Below are positions 28,931 through 50,800 of a stretch of 64,000 bases of DNA, one piece after another. How positions within the stretch are numbered: position 1 is the first letter of the stretch; each line of letters opens with the position of its first letter. The DNA comes from Marsupella aquatica (lineage: Eukaryota > Plantae > Marchantiophyta), in assembly GCA_973895155.1 (NCBI GenBank), contig OZ316891.1, positions 7,805,808-7,869,807 on the forward strand, in the 5' to 3' direction. A program made the translations under genes and the position numbers. The notes under the pieces are model-generated. The model was not told the origin of the DNA. It did no database searches and worked only from the letters and a program-made list of their open reading frames with translations.

Positions 28931-31900
28931 ACTTCTTTGCCTTCGGATCGGTTTTCGTTGGAGAACAGTGGATACAGGCACCGTCAAATTTTCCATGTGA
29001 TCGATGAAGCTGGTGGTGCGAGGCAGGGCAGGTATGATCTAGTCAGGAATGGTAATCATAGAAAGGAATTCTTGAAGGTTGGTCAGTTTCTTGTAAATAT
29101 ACTGTAGTTTCCGTGGCAGCAAGATTCGTGACTGTTCTCAAAACCTTTCTTCTCGTCGATTTTACACGTTTTTGTAGTTGGAGTTGTAGTGATTGTGCCA
29201 GTCTAGTCCTTTTCTGCAGAGAAAGAAAGTCAAAGAAAATTTTGTATTCCAAAACGTTCATGTGGGGGACAACAAAAGACAAAAACATGCATATCCAGGA
29301 CTCAGATTTGGTAAAGGTCTGGTCCCAATCGCCAAGCAAAGTGTAAGTCATATTTGCTTTAAAGACTGGGCATGGTTTCGTTTCGTTATCGAGGTGCCAG
29401 TTTTCAACAAAACAAAATGGATTGATTATGGTTTGTGGGTTCAAGGGAAAGAAATTTCTGTCCGAGGTTCAGCCTTCTACATAACTATCAGGTACAGTCT
29501 CCCGAAGGAAAGGTTTTTGGAAACGATACCTAGTAGAAAGCGAAAAAATATTAGGGTTTGTCAATCTCTTTGAAGACCGGACCATTAAACCTCCAGAAAG
29601 GAGATGGTTATTTTGTCCCAGTGTCTAATCTTTAGTGGTAAAAGGATAACGTTGACAAAGTTGTGCGGTCTGTTTCAAGAAATTCTTTTTGTGTGTTTAG
29701 CGGTCGAGTTTTTATCGTGTCAGGTAAGTGATGCGGTAGAGCCTGGTATTAACCATGTAGGACACATCTCCTATGAATTCTACGAGATCATCCGAAGGGG
29801 ATATCAAGTGTAAGCTATTGCGCTCCGTGGCGTGAAATACAATGAAGGTATGAATTTTCCAGTCACAGATTTTGCCAGTGCTTTTGCACCAACCAAAGGG
29901 TTGAAGCTTTACAACTTCCTTGTCACTCGTGCATAACATTCGTGTAGACTTTGTGAGAGGTTTGGAGATTCGGGAAAGAGTGGGTTTGTAAAACACCCAT
30001 CTGTCGACGTAGGATTGGGTTTATAAAGCACGCAGGCCACTTTGTGTTCTTCGAGTCCTCGGTTCCTAGATTCGGCTGCCCATCCCACTTTCAGCAGGGG
30101 CACAAGTTTAGGACATTGAAACTACGTAATGTTAGTGCACTACCTGCAGAAGACTGGAGGCTGAGAGCATATTCTTGCAGATTCTACAGTAATCCTCGTG
30201 CTGCAGCTAATGCAACTCGTGCGAGAAAAATCTGTCTACCCAAGATATGACCAATATCTCTGGCGGGAAGAGAAGAGTTACTTCCATAATCTCTTGCAAT
30301 GAAGCATACCCTTCGAATGTGAATCCTGATCAGCCATCAGTAAATTGACTGAGAAGGGGTCTTACAAAAGTCTCTGGTTTCTCTGCTATTGCAGCAGCTC
30401 CTTGGAATTTGGTCAGCCACCACTAACTTCTCGAAATTGACTAACAAAGTCAGCTGAAACCTGAGAACATCAGGGAGTGTCATTCTTATTAAAACAGAAA
30501 GAAATGAACGGAGAGAGGAAGTGAATGGGAATGCCGAAAGTGTGCCGATTCCACAAAAAGATTGTGTGCAACTGCAGCCAGGTCACTGGAGAAAGGTGTA
30601 AAATATGTTGAAACAGTTTCTTCAACTTTAGTCAGATTCAGGATCGATCCCACTAGCTCAAAACCTTTTCTTGCAAAAATTCGTTGACTGAAGAGTTTTT
30701 TCATCTGCGTTCGCAAACTTTGTGCAGCCTTTTGAAAAAGATCAAGCATAAGCCGTCCTTTCCGTAGTTAATTAAAGTAGCTTGCAAATTGTAACGATAA
30801 ATAAAATAATTTTGCTGAAAAGTTGCCACCAAAGTAGAAACTGAGGTTACCAAGGATGACCATGTTCGACAAAAGATCGGATGGACATGACAAATGCTTG
30901 AATGGACCACTTTAAGCTCCATGGGGCCACTCTCAAAGTGCAACGTGTTTATCAGATAACACATTCATTTTGCATAAATGTTGGTTTGGACGTCAAAATT
31001 TACTTTGTCCATCTAATCCTCCAAATGGATGATCCTTCCAAACCATCAAATCCACCAAAATGCGAGGAGAAAAAGGTTTTTATAATGAAAAACTATTTTT
31101 ATTTTCTGTTCCCCCAAAACGGTTCCAATTACTAGTCTACCTCCAAAACTTATGTACGTGTCAAGTTGCCCCCACTGTGTATACATGTGGACTGAATTTC
31201 TTGAGGTGACACTTAATTGGTTTATGGATGAGTCGAGGCTAAGAATTTTTCCAAGCCACCCTCCCTCTGACGGCAATAGTTTTGCTGATAGACAACACTC
31301 TACACCTACATTCTGGTGAGTGTCCAATGGGGGACCATGTCCAACTAAGTTTGCTGATAGACAACATTCAACACGTACATTTAGGTGAGTGTGTAATCGG
31401 GGAAACAAGTACGACAGGAAGGTATGATTGGAGGGGTTAGCTCCAGCAAATCACGAGCTTCCATTTGTCCACAAGATGATTGTATGCATCTCAGGTTAGT
31501 CTAGTCAAATTAAGCCAACCCACAAACACACTGGGAGGCATCCTGATAATGAAATTAGTTTTGGGGGTAAGTTACTGATTTAGACAAATTTGAGAATAGG
31601 ATAGTAAACTACATGGACACTCTATTTTGTCAAATTACTTGGTGCCACCTTTTTTTACTGTTAGTGCAAAGTAAACTTAGCTACTTTGGAAGGATCCAAC
31701 TATCAACATAACACCAAAATCTTATCTGACTGTTATTATCCTCCTCATCCTCAACACCCCCACCCTTCACCAGGGGATTTGGGGGTGCGGAGAGGGGGTG
31801 GGGGGTCGGGAAAAAGGTGTCTATGTATTAATATCAAAATTGATGCTCCCATGGACAAGCCCATGAACCATGTAACCCCCCCTGGACAGTGACACATTTT

Positions 31901-32609
31901 ACACCTTCACTTGTTCACACCCTTCTTGTTTCCAAAACATTTTCAATAGCAAAGTTGACCTATAATTCCTTTGATATCCAACTGAATTGGCTCTTCTTAG
32001 GCTTGTGGGTTGGAAAGATCTTTCTGACCAATCTAACATCTCTAGTGTTCATGAAGCATTGAGAATTATGAGTTTCTGAAGATTACTCCATCACTTGTTT
32101 TTCACATTTTGTGCTTAGCAAAAGTATTGAGTAACTGTCTTTGAAATTCAATATCTCGTCTTATCTCATCCAATATCATAACGAAGCTGATTGTTTTGGG
32201 TTAGTTCATTAGACTTGGAAAGATTTTTCCAAGCCTAATCTAGTCACATTTCATCCAAAATTTTTATTGATCTACAAATTTTCTGTCTGCTTTTCTCACC
32301 ACATTTCTCCCATTGGTGTAATATGTACTACATGAGCAGGGCAGAGAGTTTTTCTGCGAGTCCATAGTGTTGCAACAGTTTATCCAAGCATTTGGCAAAC
32401 TTGGAGGTCCATCCGGGCTTCAATGTCTTCATTGGTAAAACTGCTATCAAAACCTACGATTTTGGAACCTACTATTCAGGGTTACTGTCTAGGGTGAAGC
32501 CTCTAAAGAGTGGGTCTAAGAAGATAACTGAAAGTGCATTCGGGATAGGAGCACAGATGAACTGGAAGTAATAAGAACTTCCTCTGCCAATTTTTCCTCG
32601 TCTTATCTC

Positions 32610-33262
32610 TATTTGTGTTCAAGGAAGGGAAGGGGTAACCAGGCTAGCTCTATCTACTCTCAAGGAGCAGGTTCATCTCTATTTACTTTCAAAGAACTGG
32701 TTATCGCTATGTATGTTCAAGGAAGAGGTAACATATCTATCAAATTGTCAAAAAACAAAAAGCACCCAACGAGACAAAAATAGCCGGGCAAGAAACCCAT
32801 TCAATGGAGAAAAAGCAAAGGGCCAAAAGGAAGGGAAAGGCCTATGTACGTTCAAGGAAGAGGTAACATGTATATCAAATTGACAAGAAACAAAAATCTT
32901 CCAACCTGGCAACAAAATCACTCAGACAAGAAACCTAATCAAGGGAGAAAAAGCTAAGGGCCAAAAGGAAGGGAAAGGCCAAAAAACAAAAAGCTCCCAA
33001 AGGTGGAGACAAAATCACTTAGGCCAATCAAGGGAGAAAAAGCTAAGGGCCAATAGGAAGGGAAAGGTCGAAAAAACAAAAAGCTGGCAACGGGGAGACA
33101 AAATCACTCAGGAAAGAAACCCAATCAATGGAGAAAAAACAAAAAACAAAGGGCCAAAATGAAGGGAAAGGGTAACCAGACTAGCTTATTTATGTTGTTC
33201 AAGGAATGGGTAACCAGGCTAGCTTATTTATGTTGTTCAAGGAATGGGTAACCAGACTAGTG
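32610..33262. repeat. A-rich minisatellite array (~75-135-bp units) plus 38-bp repeats upstream of the RecQ gene
   Basis: aagggccaa(a)a.gaagggaaagg and gagaaaaagc.aagggcc occur about 4 times. gggtaaccag(a/g)ctagcttatttatgttgttcaaggaat occurs about 2.5 times at 33169-33260. Confidence 0.75.
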
Positions 33263-33333
33263 AGAAAAAAACAGGTTTAATCATAAGTGAATTCCCTGCA
33301 GCGACTCCTGTACTGTACTTTCGTGAAGGAGGG

Positions 33334-33341
33334 TTTCGCGC
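33334..33341 (+). promoter_or_regulatory. Putative E2F-binding site (TTTCGCGC) ~240 bp upstream of the RecQ start codon
   Basis: Exact match to the canonical E2F element TTTSSCGC, in front of a DNA repair/replication gene. Function is inferred. Confidence 0.4.
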
Positions 33342-33576
33342 CATCCTATCCCGAAATTCTTGAAGGCATTACAGTGCAAATGCCTGGAATGGCAAAACTT
33401 TGCGGAATTTCCAGCTGAAGAGTACGCACACCTTGAGTTCGGCGAATTTTGCGATGGCACTTTGATGAATTTGGACTTCCAGCTGAAGCGGATGTAGTCC
33501 TCGAGTTGGCGAATTTGCGATGGCATTTTGATGATTTGGAAAAGTCATCCGGCTGAGACTTGCGAAGATTTGAACG

Positions 33577-42268
<8,692 letters not shown>

Positions 42269-45200
42269 TCGCAACTGAAGGCGGAAGGGCTGATTTTATG
42301 CAGTGCTGTACACGGGCTCTATCAGGAATCGTGTGGCCTAGCACACCAAGTGCTTTGTAGCTGCTGGGGTGTTCAATGTCCTTAATCATGCAGACATTAG
42401 GCAGAGATCCTGTCCTACACCTGAATTCTCGTGGGAGCTGTGCAACCCAGCAAACGATTATGGAGCACATGTGTTCAGACATGGAGCTTAAATACACATT
42501 GCACTTGTTCTTGTTCTCAACTGGTCAGGCAGTGAGGTGCAACTGCCGATATCGGCATGCTCGGCATGCTCCAGCGGGTTCCTCTGAACAATCTTGAAGG
42601 TCTGGAAACAGTAGACTAAATTCATGTATTGCGGCTGCCGCTACTACAGTAGGTACTGTAGGTGAGGTAAATCTCATCGGAGGAGATTCGGAGCCCTTAG
42701 AAGTTTTGCAGATAGTAGTGCTCATAGGTATTGGATTGTCCTCAGTTTGTTTGTATCGTACCCATGCTGACTGGAAGCTCCACATCGATCGGGAAGGTCT
42801 GTACCGCCGGGGACCCTGGCTTGAAAACCGGAACGGGGACAGCTACACTTTCTTGCAACGTTGCGATGAGTTAGGACGATCTGAAGCAGTGGAAGAGAAA
42901 ATGGAGTTCAATATCGCTGATGCCAAGCACAAGTTTGTGCAAAGTTTTGAATCTTTAATTAGTTTCCGGAAGTTGAAGAGACTTCAGTTCGTGATTGTGG
43001 TTGCCCTCTGCCCACTGAATGTTACCCACCAAGTTGGTCCGAAACGTGGAATGAATTTTTGCACGAATGAAACTAAGTTTCTTGGTACTCCGATGCTCAA
43101 TTTGTTTTTACATTCTCACATAGTAGTAGCAACAAATCTTGGCCTCAATTTCATGATTGGCAGTATAGCACGTAGCACGGACTAAAGCAGCTTCTTAATC
43201 AACTGGGTGATTCCTTTAGCGAACTCAATCGATTTGTAAGTTTCAGAGTCCTCAATGGGGCAACGAACGTAGTACTAACCTGCACGTTTGCAGAAGCGAA
43301 AGGTAACCAAAAGTACCAACCGCTGAGAAGAAAATAGGATTGCGTCACCTTTCTTTCTTCGGCGATTGTTTGCGTAGATTCCTACAATTCCACTCTCATA
43401 TTCCCAAAATCGTCATAAGGCGGCTTCGAGGAGACGGTGGAAGGGCGTCTACTGATGGAATGCTTGTTACTGTCCACCAAGAATTGAGCTCTATTGTGGG
43501 CAGATAGGGAGAGAGATACTGCAGATACATAGGACTTTCCCTTTTTTAAATTGAAACGTCTTACTATCATTTATTCTTCTGAGTTTCCTGTGCTATTGAC
43601 AACACTGCACCAGATTCGAGCTAAACCTTTGTGTCTAGTTTCTTGGTTTCTCCAGTTTTGAAGTTTTAGAGTTTTAAAGTTTTAACGAGAGGGATTTTGT
43701 AATAGTGCGGTAGAGAGCAATCAGCGCCTCTTTGTTGTGATATCTCGAATGGAATAGTGACAACGGTCAAAGACTGCGCTCAACTTGATGGCAATGAGAT
43801 ATAATATAACGGGGTCTCGCGCTATGCGAACGGTGAGCACAGGAGCATCAACAAGTGATGAAACTGGGAGCAATGACAATTTGTTGTCCAACATGGAACT
43901 TAAACATCTCACTGTGGATTTCATTAGAGAGACACCCATTTGTCAATTGGGGAGAGACGGTGATTTGACTGAATTGAAAGAATCACGAATTCGAGGGGAT
44001 TTTATACATTCAGTCTACATTGAGGTCTGAGATTTCACTATCTGAGCACAGGATAGCTTGTTGCGTTGCTCGCACTTGATTGTATTTTTCTCACCGCCGC
44101 AAACTCTTCGCCGCAAACTCTTTCCGGATTCGCATCCTGCTAAAAGAAAGCCATGTTGATAAGAGGCACATATTTGAAGATGAGGGTTCAATAGGTGCAA
44201 AGCGAAGTTCGCAGTCCCACCACTTTCGGGATTTGTCGAGCATCCCTAATTCTGTCACTACAGTACAATAGTATGACCTCTAGTGGATTACATTCGATGA
44301 ACTAGGACGGACGGTACCGTATCTGCTCAATTGTGCTGAATTGGAGCACATTGTTTTCTGCAGCCCTCACTCAACCAACGTGCAGATAGACATGTTGCCC
44401 TTGCCTTGCCAATGAACGCGGCAATGAGGCTTCTCTGTTCAATAAAAGTGATGAAGCTCGGTTGCATGACATCCAAACCCTCTACAAACAGAGCAGCAAT
44501 GGCCGACAAGGGACCCTCTCTACACCGTACGTTGTGCTGGAGAACAAGGGTCTTTCCAGACGAGGTGAGGCCGATTCGTTGCAGCTTCCTGTTGTCCTTT
44601 CAAAACGGCAGTTAATGGAGCAGGGTTTGTAAGACCGATGACGGCAGTTCGCAACAATTTCGTTCGTTCGTACAATTTCCTCGTTCGTGTGATTATTATT
44701 AGACCCAGCTCCGTCTGTCCCCAAAATGGCCGCAATGTCGCATTGAACAGAAAGCTGAACTCCCTGTAAGAGGGCTGGTATCGCACTCATACTTATTTGG
44801 TGTCTGAAACAGTACCCATACGACGAGGAACTCCCCTGTGAGGCTGTATTCTGTCTTTCTTGACGGATTAAAGTTCGATTGTCAAGGCAAAGTGGAACTG
44901 TTCTGTCTTATTTTGCGGATTAAAGTTCGATTGGCAAGGTAAGAGGACCTGTGGGTAAAGTTGCTGCTGCAAAGCTGCGGCAAGAATGAAGGCACAGCGC
45001 TCCTTCGTGTAGGGCCCGCGCGGTGGGGCATGTGTGACACACAAGAGGGCCTGTCTGGTCTGGTCTCGTGGGAGGTCGAAAGTGTCCACAAGATACACGT
45101 CTCTACAGCTGCAGCACTCCGCCGATCTTCCGGATGCTGCTGCTACTCCTGCTGCTGATTGCGGATGACGAATTGACGTCTTGACGAGCGTTTTCCGGGG

Positions 45201-47808
45201 TGTGCGTGCAGATTCCAAAGCTGAGGTAAAACTTTCTGATGTGAAATGGCATCTTCCCATATCGGAGAAACTGGTGCGCTCCGGTTGGGGTTCGGCGTAT
45301 GTACAGAGCGTTTCTGTCATACAATTGTCGCCTTCTCGCCCCCTCTCTCTTTCTCTTTTTCTCTTCAGTTAAGGCGCTCGCTTGCCAACTCCCCTCGTTA
45401 CTATCAAGTAATTCGCTCACGAGCGCAGAATGGTCTATCAACTTCAGCTTGCTCGGTCGGTTGAATTTAATTTCCCGAAGCGTCTAACAGCTTTCCTCTC
45501 CTGTAGTTGGCAATTGGCCAAGTAGCGGACCTCAGCTACGGTAGTTGCGTCGATGCGGAATAGAGGATTACTCTTTTCTCTGGTTCTCGTGGCCTTGAAA
45601 CGGAAAATCGTGGCTGGATTGGATTCCTCACTTTTGTTTGTCCGTTTCGATGGCACGAAGCTCGGAATTCTGTCGTGCGCCAAGCCATCACAGTTTGCTG
45701 CGGTGGTCTTATTCAGATGATTGCATTACTGCGGTGCGATGTCATCAATCGCTTTTGCCTGCTGTGGTCTCGCATAGATTAATCGACTGAATGAACAAAT
45801 CGTAGCTCATGTTTGATAACAGGATGCTGAATTTCCCTTCGATGAAATCAGTACGCGTGTGATCGTACTCTAATTATTCGTGACAGAGCAGGAACCATCG
45901 AATTGAGCAAATGAATCACCATTCTAGTTAGATTTCATAGGGAAGGCTGCTGTCTGCCGCTCAGAATGACGCGTGCGAGGAACTTCTCCGGGATTACTCT
46001 CGTGTGTTGGAGGATTGAGTGTGCGAAGATCCGAATGACCTACTGGCGCACATGATTCTTCTTCACAAACGGTACATGAAAATAGATTTAGGAGCGAATG
46101 CGTGTTTCATGTTCAGAGTGAAGAATTACCAAACTTTATGAAAGATAAATGACACCCTGTTCTTCGTTTTCGATGACTCAATTTGACCTCACGACGGCCT
46201 GGATTCTGTGGTGACCTTCGATGAGCAATTGTTCGATTCTTTCCTTTCCAATGAGTTTACCTCTGCAGATTTGAGAGTGACAATTAGCGCTGTCGATGTG
46301 CAGAATGAGGTTGTTAGGGAATGTGAAGATTTATATTCACATGGAAAGGTGCACGTCAATCAGAGCTTTGCCATGTCCAGTATCAGATTTACGGGAACCG
46401 TGAAAGATCTGAGCCGATTCTGCTCTGTTGGGGCTGTTGTGGGAAATGCCAAAAATCATTTCTCAACAACATTCGTTTCGGGCTTCTTTATAAGCAAAAA
46501 TACATATGAATGTGTTCTACGATGTGTTCATAAATTTTTCCTTTGAGAAGATTTTACTCGTACACGACCAAAGAAAATATAGTCAATTGAATTGATGAGG
46601 AAACTCCATCTGGAATATGGCATTTGGAAGCCTTTTCATAAGTCTAGTGGTGAGATTTCACCGATTTTGGGTCGGTAGAAATTTTGAAATCTTCTTGAGA
46701 AACCCCTTATCGACTTAATACCTCTTGTCTCAGGCACAACTCGTTGCGATGGTGGGGTGCAGCAGTTAAGGAATGCATTTGATTTGTTTTTTGCAGTGAT
46801 ATTGAGAGCTTACCACTTTTCTTAGGTTTTTTTTTGGCTGTTTCTAAAGTCTTGTTTTCTGCATAGAACAGATCAACAACAGATCAGTCACTCTGGGAGT
46901 ACTATCAAATGCACAGGGACTTCAATAAGCTGGTACAGTCTCAGAAGAAGGAGCCAAATGAAGAGTTGTACTCTTGCATTTACCAGAAGTTTGAAGGTAA
47001 AAACATTTCTGACGTAAAGCCTTTCCGTCGTCAAAACAGTCAAAGGGAAGCAATGCAGGTACCGAATGCTTCGCCCTGTACGTAAACAAGTGTAGGATAT
47101 ATTCTTGAAGGGCAATAACGGAAAATGCAACAAAGGTTACCCGTCTGCACTGAAAATTGTTGCGAAACGCATTCTCCAAACAGTCATCACTAAGCTTCTC
47201 CAGAGTCTCGCCTCTAGGTGTGGTGGAAGCCATTGTTATCAATCATGCCAAACTGCCGTGATGGTTGTTAGATTTCTCCTGTCGTCAAGTTTTTCTTGTT
47301 TGACGCTCTCTGTTGGCTTACTGCTACGGTTTTAATTTCTGTGTTATGTTCCAATTCGAGCTGGGTGTACTAAAATATTTTTGACCGTCATTTTTCATGC
47401 ACTGGAGGGAAGTATAGTTCCGAGGCCCTGTAAATTTGGTATAGTATGACAAGTTGGCCCCAGTGCAAGAACAAGAACTTTGCAATGTGGTTGATGTTGT
47501 CTCCACTATCCTAGTAGTTTCCTTCAAGGTTCGGGAACAGTGGTCTAGATCGGTTCTTAGTAGCGAATAAGTAGATGAGTTTAAACTGACGAGGATATTT
47601 TGGTCAAATCAGAAATCTCTTTGTATCTGGTTGGCTTGTGCCAGCAAAACACCCTTGTCGTGTTTTCCAGTTTAAAGCAGTTATAATATCAGGTCTACTT
47701 GAGGACAAAAATATCTTTCATGTTCTATTCTGATGCTTGGCTTTTGCTTCTTGTATCTTATTAGTTCCTGCAGGTGTTGGGCGGTCACACAGTGATCTGT
47801 TGACGACC

Positions 47809-50800
47809 ATGCAGTGCAAAGATGCTATTAATTCTAGCACAGGAGATATTATCAGGAGTTTCTCATTAGGGAGCCCGCGAAAGGACAAGGAGCACTCAAT
47901 AATAGGGCAAAACCTTGTTCCCACCGAGAACATAATGACCGAAGGGAAAATACCAAATGACCCGTCTTCAGAACCTGGCTGTGGTGAACAGAAGGGCGTA
48001 ATTAAGTACGATGAGAACGAGAAGAGTCGTGAACGTCTACCAGATTATGAGGAAGAGGCAACGATTGGTAGCTTCCTTATGGAAACATCACCAGTTGATG
48101 AACGAAATTTCTTTGAGTCCGACCTTCTAGTGCACGAGCTGCAAAAAACTTCAGATGCTCTTGAGGAAATGGAAAGCCGGGTGCAGGTCAAGGTGATGGT
48201 TGGTGAGGCTGTGCTGAAGGGCATATTGACTGCTATGGAAAGGGATGCCACAGAGGCAGTGGAAACTAAGGAGGCTGAGTTGCAGAAGGTTAGAGATCAG
48301 TTGCAGGAGAAAGAGTCTATCGTTAACAGACTCATATATACGTTACAAAACAAGGAGGATGAAATTTCAAAGCTTGTTGAAGAGAGCAATCAGAAAGAGA
48401 GGAGGCTTGTCTTGTGTATGCTGACAGAAAGAGAGAGAGTGCTTGCAAAGATAAAGGAGAGTGAGAAATTTGTGGCAACCAAAGAAGAGGAGATTCTGAA
48501 TATGGCAGAGAATATGGTGGAGCTTGCTAAAAGTTTGGATTGTGGAAGCAAGAGAGTTAAGGAGCTGGAAAGGCAGATCAGAGAATTTGTAGCTTCCAAG
48601 GGAACAGAAGCAAATGCTATGATGGAGAAGTCTGAGCAGTCTAAATCACAGAAAGACTCAGTAGTTGAAATGGTCAGAACACAAGGGGAGTTAGGTTTGA
48701 CTGATTCTCTGGTTGACAAGGCTAAGTCCCCTAATAGGCATATTCAGAAATTTAGATATCTAGAATCTGCTGAGCAACAATTAAGGGAGGCATTGCAAGT
48801 GCACAAGGCTGAGGTCTGTCAACTCCTGCAATCAAACAAGGACGACTCGACGCTTCTGAAGAAGCGCAAATTTGAAAACAAGTATGCTGCGGACGAGCTT
48901 GATTCAAGAGAAAGCCATAAGTCTGTGCAAGGTGAGGTGGAGCTTTTGAAGAATAGAATTCTAGAGCTGATAATTGAGAATTCTATGCTCGTGAATGAAC
49001 TTAGTAGTCAAAAGGCGGAAATTGGAGTCAAGGTGAAGGGGCATCAGCGAGAAAATGGCCTCCAAGATGAAGAAATTCACAATCAAGCAGTTTCCGAATC
49101 CGAACAACTGTTGAGGATCGAATTAATGAGAATGAGAGCCACCGTGCAAGAATATGTGGAGGCCGCTCAATGTCTGAAAACAAAGATGGAAGAACAACGC
49201 TGGATGCATGAATTTGAAACTGGTGTGATCATAGAAGCTTTCAAAGGGAAGGTGCTGGATTTGATTGACGAGACACACCTAGTTGAAGACGACCCGGCAG
49301 GCAATCAGAGAGAGAGAAAAATGTCTAGGAGCAGAATGCCGCAAAAAGGTCGTACGGAGCTCGTCAACTTGCAGTCGTCCAAAGTGGAATTCCAGGAATC
49401 GGTGAACAAACTTAACGCTGTGACCAGGGATTTTAAACAAATAATCGAGGAAAAGGACAAGAACTTGGATGATGGACTGCTGTTGAGGAAAACAGAGAAT
49501 GGGATCTCTCATCTGAACGAGAAGTTGCCTGAGAAGCAGTCTCATCTTCAGAAGTACAACAATCAATCAGGAGAGAGAAAATCTCACGAGGAGAGTGTAG
49601 AAAAGAAACAGCAGGTGTTGGAAGAAAATGCTCAGATGTTAAGAGAAGCACAAAATAGGGTTTCTTTCCTGGAACAAGAGTTGGCTGTGAAGGAAGGTCT
49701 TCTCCAGACGTGCAAAGTTGAAATGGAAGAACACTCATGGAGATTCGAGCTTGAAGAGAAGCTTCTAAGCACGTATGTCCAAGACTCTTTCCGGGAGTTT
49801 ATGAAGCACACGGTTGAAATCCAAGGAAACCTTGTTGACGTTGGGCAGAAGCTGGTGAGTAGCCAAAATGAGCTCGATGCAGCTCAGGATGAACTGATGA
49901 AATGTAAAGCAGAAGTAGATACTCTGAAATCAGTTGTTGGATCAAGTTCTAATTTTGTAGATCAGCTACAAACTGAAGCTAAGAGCTATCTCTCAGAGTT
50001 AGAACAAGTGAGAGTAGAGCTTCAGGATGCACGTTCTGAATCTGATAGTGAAAAAGTTAGTTTTTCTGAGAAACAGAAGGAAATAGGTTCTCGGACCAAG
50101 GAACTGGAAGAAAATCTTTTTATGAAAGGGGAGGAAGTTGTAGAACTGCTGCGGAAACTAGAGGAGAGTGACTGGAAGTCCCAAACACAGACCGCTATCA
50201 TCCTTGGGCTTGTAGAGGGATCCACCCAAGAATGTGCTGTGGAGTTTGCTCGGCTTAGAGAGGAGCTCAAACTTAAGCATCAAGATGTCTTATCGCTACG
50301 GTCTGGGGTTGAGGAACAAAATGAAAGGTTGAACTCTTATGTATCTGAGGTGTCGGACTTGACGACCGCTTTAGTAAGGAAGGATCACGACCTCCTTGCT
50401 TTCAGACAAGAGGCTGAGTCGATAAGTGCCATGCAACGAGATGCTCTTTTGCGAGAGCAGGAGACAGTCAGAGGAGCTTTGAAAGAAATTGAGGACCTGA
50501 AGAAAGTGAAGATGACGTTAGTAGCAAGGATAGAAGAGGAGAATCAGAGGGTCCAGCAGTTAGAGGAGGCATTAGCAGAACAGACCTGGAAAAACGGAGT
50601 TGAGCTGGAAATGGTTGCGACTATCTTTTGGGAAGGTAAGCCTGATGCTTCAGTCACCTGGACCAAAGAAAGAGCAGCGCCTCCCAGTGAAGCCCAGAGT
50701 CATCATGGGCTCGCAGGACAGAAGCCTACTGCGAAGGAGTCTTCAAATCACGGCCCTCATGAAGGTGGACATGATGGATTGATTGTAGAATCCGCTCATG

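Noticed and set aside
28163-28996. 277-aa antisense ORF over U1-70K
   Set aside because: A shadow of the RRM and repetitive RD/RE codons on the opposite strand.
32610-33262. Repeat array superficially like CRISPR
   Set aside because: Units are degenerate tandem copies without unique spacers, there are no cas genes, and the context is eukaryotic.
42500-47700. Many 60-160-aa ORFs and an imperfect fold-back near 44397-44515
   Set aside because: No recognisable motifs or consistent exon chain, and the hairpin has large bulges. This is probably UTR, intron and promoter sequence of the flanking genes. A lncRNA cannot be excluded.
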